Shown: in pieces, positions 27,035-39,160 of the stretch
How the letters are laid out: every line of letters begins with the position of its first letter
Numbering within the stretch: position 1 is the first letter of the stretch
Assembly (NCBI RefSeq): GCF_000497125.1
Contig: NC_090603.1
Location: 744,001 to 808,000 of the forward strand
Direction: 5' to 3'
Origin: Spironucleus salmonicida
Taxonomy: Eukaryota
Length of the DNA: 64,000 nucleotides
Position numbers and translations under genes: made by a program
The notes under the pieces: generated by a model
The model's input: the letters and a program-made list of their open reading frames with translations, nothing else
Database searches by the model: none
Told to the model about the DNA's origin: nothing

Positions 27035-29338
27035 ATGTATCGTGCTTTTTCATCCCACTAGTCTTTCTCAATGTCAAACAAATGGGAAATCTTACCTCCA
27101 AAATACTTTACTTTCACAGAAATCAATGCGTATACATTTCAAGAATAAGCATTATAATTCAAGGATTCAAATATAACAAAACCTAAACTTCTTTAAGTTA
27201 AGGCATAAAACAGAGTACCTGAACGTAATTACATCATTTATAATTAGCTTGAAAATTCTCTTAATACATTTAATTTGAATCATACTGAGCATATAAGTTT
27301 AGATTAGAGGCCACGACTATCTTCCTAATTTGTACCACCTAAATTGAAACCTCTGTAAATATAAATAGATATTTAGGCAAAATTAGATAAAATAAAGAGA
27401 AAATAGATGACTCTATTACCAATTAAAAAGGTTATCGAAAAACCTACAATATTATAGAATCTAAAAGACAGCACTATAGGAAAATAAATCACCAAACACC
27501 AGATTTAATAATAAACTTACGTGAAAGAAATAAAAGAGTAGTAATTTTTGTAACAACAACGAAAAATAGAGTTTGAATTTAATTCCAATCTATTTATAGA
27601 TGAAAATGAGTTAGAAAAAAATAGTAAGAAATATGTAAATTAGTTGGAAGTCGATGAATTAGTGTAATTACTTTAAGGAAAATATTAGCAGCCAGTTGAA
27701 ATTTAATAGATTCAAAAAGATTAAAAGCTTGAAATTTTAGCGTAAATTGCTAATGAATCTAGCATTTTAGATGATTAAACCTTATTTAACGATAACGTGC
27801 TTAGTATTTATTGTCAAGGGATGCATGCACCTTATACATTAAGTACATAGTAGTTCAACTATGGTGAATGGATGGATGATTAAGGAATTTTATTCGCTTT
27901 GGAAGATATTAATTGTAAAGATGCTTATTTTGTCGACCCATTGATTTTTTATAATGAAGAAATTCTTAAACGTGAAAGTGAAAAAATCAAACAATTTGAC
28001 TATTAATATATATGTGGTGCTGTATGTTAGCATGAGCATTGGATAGGAATATATTAATAGCGTGGTATAAATAAAATTTATTGCTTTGATGGATTGAATG
28101 TTGGTGTTGATGAAAGATCAGCAGATATGTTCCACAAGTTATTGACTTCTGGGGGAAGATTAATACAAGAACGTGAGAAATTTAAGCTAGTTATGATTGG
28201 AAATAGATTAGAGAGAAGATCTGAGATAAATGTAGATAAAATTAGAATCCCTGCTTAGGAGAACGGCGCTGACTGCGGGCCGTACGTGGTGCTGGCGTTC
28301 GGGCGGCTGCTCGCGGGGGCGAAGCTGCAGTGGGACGCCGCGGCCAGCGACGCGCTCCGGGCGGCCCTGGCGGCGCGGTGCGGGCAGCTGGGGGCCGGGC
28401 CGACCCCGCTCCAAAATGCAGACCCAGCGCTCGCTGTCCTCGGCGGCGAAGCTCACGGTGCGCGTGGTGCCGCGGGAGGTGGTGTGCGAGGAGGCGGACG
28501 CCATCCTGCACTACCTGGAGCACCGGCCCGTGCCGACGAACCGGCAGCGCATCCAGAACAACCTCGCGCCCGCCAAGAGGCAGTGGTTCGAGTCCTCCTC
28601 CTCCGACTTCGAGGAGCGCGTGGTCCGGGACATCGGCAAGTACCACGCCACCGAGCAGCAGCAGCTCCTCCGCGCCGTCCGCGCCTTCCACGGCCACGGC
28701 ACGCAGCGCCCCTACGTCCTGGGCACCGAGCTGCGCGCCCAGCAGCGGGCCGAGCGGGAGCGGGCCGCGGAGCAGGAGCGCAAGACCAGCGCCTACATCG
28801 CGCGCTCGTACCGCTTCGACTTCGAGCAGCGGGGCAGGCCGCGGCCGCTGTCCCAGCTCCAGACCAGCCGGCTCGGGCCCCTGGCGGCCTGGGCGCTGGG
28901 CGACGCGGACCGGCAGCGGCTGAAGGAGATGCGCGAGCGCAAGCTGGGCGTGCGGGCCGAGCGGGCCATGGCGGGCGCCCAGGTGGGGCAGTGCGGGCGG
29001 CGCGAGGCCCCCGGGGGCGGGCCGGGCATCAACCGCTCCGACAAGGCGCTCAAGGTGCGCCGGGGCACGGACTACGACGCGGGCGTGCAGGCGGCGTTCA
29101 AGAAGGTGAGCGCCCACGCCCCCGAGTGGCGCGTGAACGAGCACGACCGGCGGATGCAGCAGCCGCCGCGGGGAGCGGAGGGCCTGGGGCCCGGGAAGTA
29201 CGACACGGCGCCCTTCCCGGACGGCCGCGTGCGGCGCGAGGTGGAGGCGGAGCTGAGGCGCCTCGCGGCGGAGAGCAGGGGGGAGTGAGGAACACGGTCA
29301 CTGGATGGCCTTGGCGTCGCCGAGGATCTCACCTTTGA
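27035..29338 (+). CDS. Ulp1/SENP-family (C48) cysteine protease with an abnormally long read-through tail
   Basis: GEWMDDQGI, HEHWIGI, YCFDGL, PAQENGADCGPYV; crosses the 28253 breakpoint; first in-frame TGA is 29336. The true 3' end is uncertain. Confidence 0.75.
28416..29288 (+). CDS. Hypothetical protein with a SHIPPO-like GPGKY motif, copy 2
   Basis: Protein identical to 22722-23594. Confidence 0.68.
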   Translation: MQTQRSLSSAAKLTVRVVPREVVCEEADAILHYLEHRPVPTNRQRIQNNLAPAKRQWFESSSSDFEERVVRDIGKYHATEQQQLLRAVRAFHGHGTQRPYVLGTELRAQQRAERERAAEQERKTSAYIARSYRFDFEQRGRPRPLSQLQTSRLGPLAAWALGDADRQRLKEMRERKLGVRAERAMAGAQVGQCGRREAPGGGPGINRSDKALKVRRGTDYDAGVQAAFKKVSAHAPEWRVNEHDRRMQQPPRGAEGLGPGKYDTAPFPDGRVRREVEAELRRLAAESRGE

Positions 29339-30206
29339 ACTCCTTCCAGACGGCGCCGGGCTGCTCGACCATGCCCGGGATCACGAAGGCGATGGCGGTC
29401 TCGAGGGCGGCGATGCCGATCTCGCGCTCGACGGCGTGCTTCTCGTCGTTGGAGAGGAAGGCCTGGGACTTCCTCTGGGCGAGCACGAGCTGGCCGGCGG
29501 CGGCGTAGATGGGCACGGTGGCGATGCGGGCGAGGTCGATGAGGTGGGCGGACTCCATCTCGATGCCGACGAGGTCGGGGATCTGGCCCACGAGGTAGTC
29601 GATGAGCGCCTCGTTGTGGTCCTGGAAGTTGGCGTCGGTCCTGCCCTGGGAGGAGTAGAAGGAGCAGGCGGAGATGTTGTGGCCGTCGTAGACTTTCTTG
29701 CCGGTCTTCTTGCACTCCGCCATGAGCAGCTCGTGGAGCTTGTCGTCGCCCTGCATGGCCTTGGAGATGTGGAACTTCTCGCTGACGTCGGTGGACAGGT
29801 ACGCGTCGGGCAGGCGGAGCACGGTGTGGTGGAACTTGGGCACCACCAGGTCGCCCACCTTGGTGAACGGGGCGGGGGAGCCGCAGGAGCCGATGCGGAT
29901 CATGGACATGGGGCCCTCGATGACGTAGCGGAGCTCGCGGACGGTGAAGTCCATGTTGGGGATGCCCATGAGCGAGACGATGATGGTGACGGGCACGTCG
30001 TTGTAGGTCCCGGTGATGGTCGTGAAGAGCCTGGGCGCCTGCCTCACGAACATGATCTTGAAGCCGGGCAGCTTCGCGAAGAGCAGCGCGCGCGAGAGGT
30101 CGCCGACAGTGATGACCCTGGGGGCCACCTCGCCGCGCTTGAGGTACAGGTGGTACGTCCTGTTGTCGGCGTCCACGGGGAAGTTGGCGTTCTTCATGTC
30201 CGTCAT
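29298..30206 (-). CDS. Uridine/purine nucleoside phosphorylase, copy 2
   Basis: Same as 21804-22712 except GTYNDV vs GTYKDV. Confidence 0.88.
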   Translation of the reverse strand: MTDMKNANFPVDADNRTYHLYLKRGEVAPRVITVGDLSRALLFAKLPGFKIMFVRQAPRLFTTITGTYNDVPVTIIVSLMGIPNMDFTVRELRYVIEGPMSMIRIGSCGSPAPFTKVGDLVVPKFHHTVLRLPDAYLSTDVSEKFHISKAMQGDDKLHELLMAECKKTGKKVYDGHNISACSFYSSQGRTDANFQDHNEALIDYLVGQIPDLVGIEMESAHLIDLARIATVPIYAAAGQLVLAQRKSQAFLSNDEKHAVEREIGIAALETAIAFVIPGMVEQPGAVWKEFKGEILGDAKAIQ

Positions 30207-30428
30207 GAGATTGAGGGAGTGGCGGATTTGGATTTGGCGGGGATCGGCGGGGAGGACATAATATTGGCTCGCGCTCGGGATTTGTGATTTCCGCAACTCA
30301 CGCCGACTCGCGCGCTGAGGCGGCGCCGCGCGGCTTCGGGGCGTAAAGGTGGCTTCGGGGGCCCGCACCCGCCGCTCCATCCGGCCCGCTCCACCCCATT
30401 ATTATACCCCCGCCGCCCGAACTCCAGA

Positions 30429-31220
30429 ATGTACACCGTCGTGCCGCAGGACGGCCGCCACGCCTTCCAGCCCCAGCGCATCCCGGAGTTCGCCAGGCCG
30501 GCCAAGCAGCCGCCCCGCGCCGAGCAGGCCGCCGCCGAGGCCGAGGAGCGCCCCCGCAAGATGTCCCTGCTCGCTGCGCTGCGGGGGGCGGGCACGGCCC
30601 AGATCCAGGCGCGGCAGGTCTTCACCTACGAGGTGCTGAAGGTGCGCTCGGCGGTCGGGCAGGTCTACCGGCTCGCCTTCCTGTCCCCGGCCGTGGTGTT
30701 CCTGGCGCGCCCCTCGCTCTACTTCTTCCTGGGGCTCTACACCCTGCTCGGCGCCGCGGACTGCCTGTGCGCCCTCGAGCTGCTCGGCCTCCAGGCGCGC
30801 GTGGACCGCCTCCGGGGGCTCCGCACGCTCCGGGGCGAGGCGCTGGCCATCGTCCGGGCCGTCCTCGCGCTCGCGGCGGTCGTGCTCGGCCTCGCGGCGC
30901 TGCACCTGCTGAACCGCGACCGCTTCGTGCTCGCGGACCTCCACGCCTACCTCGCCATGGCCCAGGGCTGCCTCGCCGGGGTCGTCGCGCTCGCGTGCGT
31001 CGCCACCTCCAGCGCGGACGCCGACCGCGCCCTGCTCAGCGGGGAGACGCTCTACCGCAACGTGCGGAGCGGCGGCGCGCTCGTGGGCATGGCGGACTTC
31101 CTGCTCGGCGCCGAGTACCAGGCAGACGAGTTCGACCGCATCGTGGAGCGCGGGGCCCTGGGCAGCGTGGAGGCGCGGCTGAACGGCAACATGGTGCTGG
31201 GGGACGAAGGCGCGGAGTGA
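30429..31220 (+). CDS. Hypothetical membrane protein, copy 2
   Basis: Protein identical to 20790-21581. Confidence 0.72.
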   Translation: MYTVVPQDGRHAFQPQRIPEFARPAKQPPRAEQAAAEAEERPRKMSLLAALRGAGTAQIQARQVFTYEVLKVRSAVGQVYRLAFLSPAVVFLARPSLYFFLGLYTLLGAADCLCALELLGLQARVDRLRGLRTLRGEALAIVRAVLALAAVVLGLAALHLLNRDRFVLADLHAYLAMAQGCLAGVVALACVATSSADADRALLSGETLYRNVRSGGALVGMADFLLGAEYQADEFDRIVERGALGSVEARLNGNMVLGDEGAE

Positions 31221-31652
31221 GCTGGCTTTGGTCCCTGGTCCTTCCCGACTCTCGCGGGTGGGTCGGCCACGCGCCCGAGGGCGCTACTAGGTGCTGAGAT
31301 ACTCCAGCCCACGCTGCCCGGCACCGGCTCCGAAAACTCTGCCCAGCGTCCCCTGCCTCTCCGGAACCGACGGCGCACACTGCGCGGCATGCGAGGTGCG
31401 ACTCCGTGCCGGCCGACTGTGCCCGCGGTGCGAGTGTTAGGAGCATGGGCATGGGTCGAGAAGGCTGGTCCCGTGCCTCGGCAGCGACATGCTCGGGATG
31501 TTGCGGTTCGGCCCTGATACTGGGTTATACTAGAAATGTTTGTTTTTAAATATCGGTATTATCTGTTATAAATGCATATTGCCGGCTTTGGAAAAAACGC
31601 ATTCCGGTCTGTATCGTTCCAATACTGCGTCTCAGGATATTTCGAAACAAGA

Positions 31653-32300
31653 ATGGAAGCAGCGGATGGAATCGACTGCACCACGAATAAGGAGTGCCGC
31701 GACGGAGGCTCTGGCTACTGCGACACGACTACCAAGAAGTGCATGCCGTGCGCTGCGGGCTGCAAGGTGTGCACCTCCGCTACGTTTTGCGCAGAGTGCG
31801 ACAGCAAGAAAACGTTGGGCACCACCACCATCACCGGCACCTGCACGAGGACGTGTAGTGCCGTGGTTAATTCGAAGTTCTGCAATGACAGTGTGCTTAC
31901 TGTTTGTACAGCAGCCTCGACATCGGCCTGTACCTGTGGGGAGAAAACTAACTGTGCAAACTGTGCTGTGGACAGCACTAGCTTCTCCTGCAACCAATGC
32001 CTCCCCCACATGACCACTGACTCAACCGGCGACTGCACGCTGTGCGAAAAGGGCTATGAGATGGTCGGAATACTGTGCGTGACAGCCGAGGCGGTTCCCG
32101 TGCCTGACCCCAATCCTAACCCAGAGCCAGAGCCAGAACCCCCTATTCCAGTTCCACCTGCCCCCGTTCCTGACCCATCGGATCCCAGCAACAAACTCTC
32201 GACCGGCGCGACAGTGGGCATCGTGATCGGAGCCCTGGTGGCCGTGGGCGCCATCGGCGGGGGCCTCGCGTTCTACTTCATCAGGAGGTCCAAGAAGTGA
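31653..32300 (+). CDS. Cysteine-rich membrane protein (CRMP1-type) A, copy 2
   Basis: Same protein as 19710-20357. Confidence 0.88.
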   Translation: MEAADGIDCTTNKECRDGGSGYCDTTTKKCMPCAAGCKVCTSATFCAECDSKKTLGTTTITGTCTRTCSAVVNSKFCNDSVLTVCTAASTSACTCGEKTNCANCAVDSTSFSCNQCLPHMTTDSTGDCTLCEKGYEMVGILCVTAEAVPVPDPNPNPEPEPEPPIPVPPAPVPDPSDPSNKLSTGATVGIVIGALVAVGAIGGGLAFYFIRRSKK

Positions 32301-32553
32301 TCGATTGTTTTCAGTTGAGCTCGCCCTCGGGCATGGAAAGAGCACCCCTACACTCGCTGGCCCTGCAACGTGGGCTTAGGAGCAGCGACATGTTCGGGAT
32401 GTTGCGGTACTTCCCATATACTAAATTATACTAGAAACTTTTGATCTTAAATATCGGTATTACCACCTATAATGCATACTGTCGGCTTTGGAAAAAACAC
32501 ATTCCGGTCTGTATCGTTCCAATACTGCGTCTCAGGATATTTCCAAAATAAGA

Positions 32554-33258
32554 ATGCAAACAGTGGATGGAATCGACTGTACCACGAACAAGCAGTGCCG
32601 CGACGGAGGCTCTGGCTACTGCGATGCATCCACCAAGAAGTGCATGCCGTGCTCTGAGGGCTGCAAGGTGTGCACCTCCGCTACCTTCTGCGCAGCCTGT
32701 GATGCTGGAAGTGGTGCTGGCTTGACCACACTCAACGGGCAGTGTGCAACGGAGTGTAAGCAGTAGGTGGTCAACAAGGTGTGTCAGGATGGTGTTAGCG
32801 GCTTCTGCTCCGCGGACTCCCCGATCCCGTGCTACTGCGATGAGGCCTCCAACTGCGCTGCGTGCGACTAGGTGAATAACAACTGGTCATGCTATGCGTG
32901 CTTTAAGAACATGACCAAGGACGGGAAAGGGCTATGCTCACTGTGCCAGCCTGGCTTCGAGAAGGTCGGGGTCCTGTGTCTCGCGGTGGAAGTGGACCCC
33001 AATCCCAATCCGGACCCAAATCCGCCTGGTCCGGTTCCCGTGCCTGACCCCAATCCTAACCCAGAGCCAGCGCCAGAACCCCCTATTCCAGTTCCACCTA
33101 CCCCCGTGCCTGGCCCATCAGACCCATCTGACCCTGCAGATCCCAGCAACAAACTCTCGACCGGCGCGACAGTGGGCATCGTGATCGGAGCCCTGGTGGC
33201 CGTGGGCGCCATAGGCGGGGGCCTCGCGTTCTACTTCATCAGGAGGTCCAAGAAGTGA
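32554..33258 (+). CDS. Cysteine-rich membrane protein (CRMP1-type) B
   Basis: [19 protein letters not shown]...; two internal TAG=Gln join track ORFs 32488-32766 and 32872-33258; TM plus RRSKK. Confidence 0.88.
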
Positions 33259-33391
33259 TCGATTGTTTTCAGTTGAGCTCGCCCTCGGGGAATCGAAAGA
33301 GCACCCCTACACTCGCTGGCCCTGCTGCGCGCAGTTCCGTCCCAGCCCAGGGCCGACGCCCGAAGGCAGGCGTAAACGTAATACTCGCCAC

Positions 33392-34495
33392 TCACTTCTT
33401 GCCCTTCTTGCCTTTCTTCTTCCCGCTCTTGACCTCCACGTACAGCGCGCGCTTGGGGATCTTCGCGAACTTGGCCCCGAACTGGTCCAGGGCCCGCGAG
33501 ACGTAGTCCCCTTGGTCGTGGATGTCCGTGAGGATGCCGGCGGGCCGCGTCCGCAGCACCCCGTCGTACTCGAGCAGCTCGGTCGCCGCCTCGGACAGCC
33601 GCTGGCACTCGGCGACGGCCAGCTGGCACTGGTTGGTGTAGACGTGGCTCTCGCCGACGGAGCGCCGGAACTGGGCACCCAGGCGCCGGAACTCCTCGTT
33701 CAGCGCCAGGACGTGCTGCTTGGTCTTGCGGTTGTCCATCTGGTCCGGGAAGTCGAACCGGAGCTGGCCCTCGGGGACCTCCGCCCTCGTCAGCCCGACG
33801 AAGCCCAGGCGCTCGATCTCGGCCTGGCTCACGGTGTCGACGATATCGAACCGGCCCTCCGTCTGCTGCTCGAAGCGCGGGTTGTCCAGACGCATGGTCT
33901 CGGGCTGGACGACGACCAGGTTCTCCTTCTGGTACGCCATCCGCTGCTCCCCGTACTTCACGCTCAGGCCGCTCTGCAGCCCCCGCAGCGCGCACACCGC
34001 CACGTCGTAGCTCGCCATCGTGCTGATCGCGCTGGACGCGCCCTCGGCCGAGAGGGCCAGCGTCTCCGCCTGCCGGAAGAACCGGAGCGCCAGGCCGAAC
34101 TTGTGCAGCGAGAAGTACAGGAAGCCGATGTAGAAGCGCGGGACGGCGCGGTCGGCGGTCTGCAGGTTCTGGGAGATGTCGATCGCGTCGATGAGCGAGA
34201 CCATGGCGAGCTGGAGGAACTTCGCGGGGTCCGGGGTGAGCTCCGCGTACGCGTCGTACTGCACCATGAGGAACAGCAGGTAGCCGTTCATCGTGTGGAA
34301 GTAGCACTTGTAGTAGTCGAAGAGCGCGTCCCGCTCCTGAAACAGCGCGTAGGCCTCGTAGAGGCGCGTGCGGGCCTCCTGGAAGCTCCTCTGCTGGAAG
34401 TAGTAATGGGTCTGATCCAGCAATTTATTTATCTCCGCCGAGCAGGAAGCCGGGGGGAGCAGCGGCGGCAGCAAAAGTGTAGGCTGGAATGACAT
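33392..34495 (-). CDS. TPR-like protein with Lys/Gly-rich tail, copy 2
   Basis: Same as 18465-19577 minus one GKK unit. Confidence 0.75.
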   Translation of the reverse strand: MSFQPTLLLPPLLPPASCSAEINKLLDQTHYYFQQRSFQEARTRLYEAYALFQERDALFDYYKCYFHTMNGYLLFLMVQYDAYAELTPDPAKFLQLAMVSLIDAIDISQNLQTADRAVPRFYIGFLYFSLHKFGLALRFFRQAETLALSAEGASSAISTMASYDVAVCALRGLQSGLSVKYGEQRMAYQKENLVVVQPETMRLDNPRFEQQTEGRFDIVDTVSQAEIERLGFVGLTRAEVPEGQLRFDFPDQMDNRKTKQHVLALNEEFRRLGAQFRRSVGESHVYTNQCQLAVAECQRLSEAATELLEYDGVLRTRPAGILTDIHDQGDYVSRALDQFGAKFAKIPKRALYVEVKSGKKKGKKGKK

Positions 34496-34515
34496 TTTTG
34501 CAGAAATTTAAATAA

Positions 34516-36384
<1,869 letters not shown>

Positions 36385-36422
36385 TTATTATATTGTCACT
36401 GTATATCCGGCCCAGCCTCAAA

Positions 36423-38618
36423 ATGTACCACAAGTCCCAGCGCTCATTCGCGCTGCCGAAGGACTACAGCCCCCAGTACCAGTACCAGGTATCCCGCGAC
36501 GGCCTCGTCTACCAGCTCTCGGACACCCAGATCTCGGTCGACGGCAGGCGCCTCCCCCTCCAGATCAAGCAGGTCGTCCAACAATTCCTCACGTTCCAGT
36601 TCTTCACCATAGCCACGGGCTTCCTCGGTACCGAAATATTCACCCAGTCCACCCACCACTCGTCCTACGAGGTCAAGGGAGTGACCACCATCCACTTCGC
36701 CAACGAGCTGCTGTACCTTGGGACCAGCACTGGGCAGCTCTTCACGTACTCTATCGACTCGGACCAGGTCGCTTTCTCCGAGCAGTTCGACTCCGCGATC
36801 GTCCAGATCAACTCGTCCAAGCACCAAATCATCGTCTCCACGCTCACGAAGCTTTTGCTCCTCCCCGATGTCCAGATAGGCACCAAACTCCGCAAAAATA
36901 CGTTCCACGGTGGCTGCTTCTTCAGGAACAAAATATACGCATGCAGGCCCTCGTGCAAGATTTTTTCCTTCTCAGTCGAGGACAGCGTCATCGACCAGAC
37001 ACTCTCGCTCAAGGACGCGGTTCAGCTCGAAACGGTAATGCAAAAACATCCAGAGATGCAGAAGGACCTCGGAGTTTTGTTCAGCAGAGAGGGCTTCATT
37101 CTCTCGGTCACGACCGCCCAGATCTTCGTCATCGACGTAGAAAGAGTATGCGTGATCGAGTGGATCGCACTTCCAACTGGTGCTAAAATTTGTGAAAATG
37201 GTGTCTGTTGGGAACAAAATGGTTCTGTAACATTATTACAAATTATTGACGGCGATGAACCGGTTGTTTCTCCAGAAACACCTTAAATTTAAATATAAAG
37301 CGAAAAATAAATATCAAATATAAATTCTCCAGTTCCACATAAGATATTGACCCCAGACCCTTTACCTTTCTAAAGTTTTACTTATCACCCTTTCAATTCT
37401 TTTAAAATTTTACCAAATTCTCCACCAATCATCACCCCGAAAATTTTCACTTCTCTTTAGTTTTCGATCCCTAAAATTGTTTAGAAACCTAAACTTTTGC
37501 TTCCTTTCTTTCCATTTTTGCATCAGGAAACTGTTTAAGACTAAGGTATTGTAGCTGCAGCGCAAGCTTTTCACGTTCTCGGTGCATTGCCTGATTTTCA
37601 TGAAATTACATTAAATATTGATAACCTAAACTATGGAGGATGTTCAAGTACACGAGATGCTATTTCTAGTTTCTTTGCTCACCACTTTGAAATTGTTAAG
37701 ACCCTTATTTTTGAGGAGTGTGGCGATGAATTTCTCTGCTCTAACTTCTAGTAGATGATAAAGTGTTTATTTTATAAATTTGTTTCTGGGATTGAGTAAC
37801 TAGAATTGTAATCGTATTTAGAAAAGTTTGAATACCTTTTTGATGATTTTTCAATCTGCTATTTAGAGTTTAAATTTGGAATTGAAATTAATTAAAAACC
37901 TAGGAATTCTGTTAATCAAAACGAGCAAACTGAATTTATCAAGTACATGAAGAATGCATAAGCTTATATCAACGAACTTTCTCTAGATGATAATGACTTA
38001 AAAAACTATTTGTTGGATCAAAAATCAGACGTACTATATTAAAAAATTGGTTTATTTATCCGCAAAATCAAAGATATTTTTGGTTAAAATTACAAACTTT
38101 ACATTAAAAAATTACGGGTTTCAAATTAAAATCAATTTTTCACTTCATTATTAACAACTGATATAATATTGAAATTCATCTAAAAATGCGATTTGGCCAA
38201 AAAATCAAATTTAGAACTGAATTTTTCGGAAGATTCTATCTAACACTTAAAAAGGTATTTAGATGCAAATTTTTACGCAAAACTTGAAAATTACAAAACT
38301 TCTGAAAATACTTTGCTAATCGCACTTAAAAATGCAAATCAAATTCAAATTTTTGCTCCCGAAATGGCAGATTTGGGAATGTTAATAGACGTAAAAAGCT
38401 GTGAAAAATACGATAAACTTGAAGCTTTCAAAAAGCTGCTGAAATCGTGCAGAGCGCAGGACGTTGTGGAATGTTTTCAGGAGGAAATGCATACGAAAGA
38501 GTATCTCACTGCATGCATTGGGTGCGTTGATAGCAGCTTGCTGATTGAACGCTTTGCGAAGGTAGACGGGCTTCTTGGCGTAAAGGAATTCAGGGAGCTT
38601 ATGGAGTTTGCGATTTGA
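36423..38618 (+). CDS. HPS5/TECPR2-like WD40 protein, full length (731 aa)
   Basis: FDSAIVQI...IIVSTLTK...QIGTKLRKNTFHGGCFF...IYACRPSCKIF matches the HPS5/TECPR2 propeller pattern; frame open in code 6 to TGA at 38616. Confidence 0.72.
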
Positions 38619-39160
38619 GGAGCGATTTTGTTTTATATTAGTTATAATGAGTAAAAAATATCGGTAATATGAAATGAATACTTATATATATAAAACAATG
38701 TTTTATATTATTTTAAAAGAGAGAATTTAATACATCATTATGATTAGTTTTATAGCGTTATAATAATGAAAATATGATTTAATAGGCTTCTGCGAGTTAA
38801 TTGAATAAATCGTTGTCGAGACTGTTTAGTGGTAATAGTTAAGATGGATGAAGAAAAGTGATAAAGTCAGATAGTAAAAATTCTTGAGAACTTTTTAAAA
38901 ATAATTTTTATCCTAAAATCTGTACAAATTTCTTTCTAGTTATGTGCTTTTTAAGATGAATTTTAACGTTTCATTAAAAATATTATAGCAAAGTTTTATT
39001 ATTTAGTGTCATTCTGCAGACTAAATTAGGTTAATAATATAGATACTCAAATTATATGCTTTATAGTTTAATAATTAATTTAATGCAAATAACTATTTTC
39101 TGCAATTAACATAAAAATACTAATAAAGACTATAAATACTAATTAACACAACACCAGATT

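Larger units (their letters stand above)
31481..33325 (+). repeat. Tandem pair of CRMP cassettes (31481-32366 and 32382-33325)
   Basis: Shared ~170-bp upstream region, 5' coding part, stalk/TM/tail and ~65-bp downstream region; middle part diverged. Confidence 0.88.

Noticed and set aside
28328-28333. CAG-TGG as the mutated former CAG-TGA stop of Ulp1
   Set aside because: The C48 domain normally continues about 20 residues past this point, and the following helix (DALRAALAARC) fits that pattern, so the natural end is probably later.
31572-31652. Upstream ATG extending CRMP-A (MHIAGFG...)
   Set aside because: The equivalent ATG is out of frame in paralog CRMP-B and the extension is not signal-peptide-like.
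32990-33145. Short repeats as a CRISPR-like or regulatory array
   Set aside because: They are the coding Pro-rich stalk (DPNPNP/PEP) of a CRMP; no repeat-spacer structure and no cas operon.
18468-34492. Long antisense and alternative-frame ORFs in the track (e.g. 18468-19448, 18653-19699, 21723-22574, 22866-23774, 33263-34492)
   Set aside because: Shadow ORFs expected from extreme GC3, with Arg/Pro/Gly/Ala- or Val/Leu/Glu-biased translations and no recognisable motifs. Only 28286-29338 and its mirror were kept because they continue the Ulp1 frame.
38640-39150. Possible small gene in the AT-rich gap
   Set aside because: No motif support; open frames arise easily by chance when TGA is the only stop.
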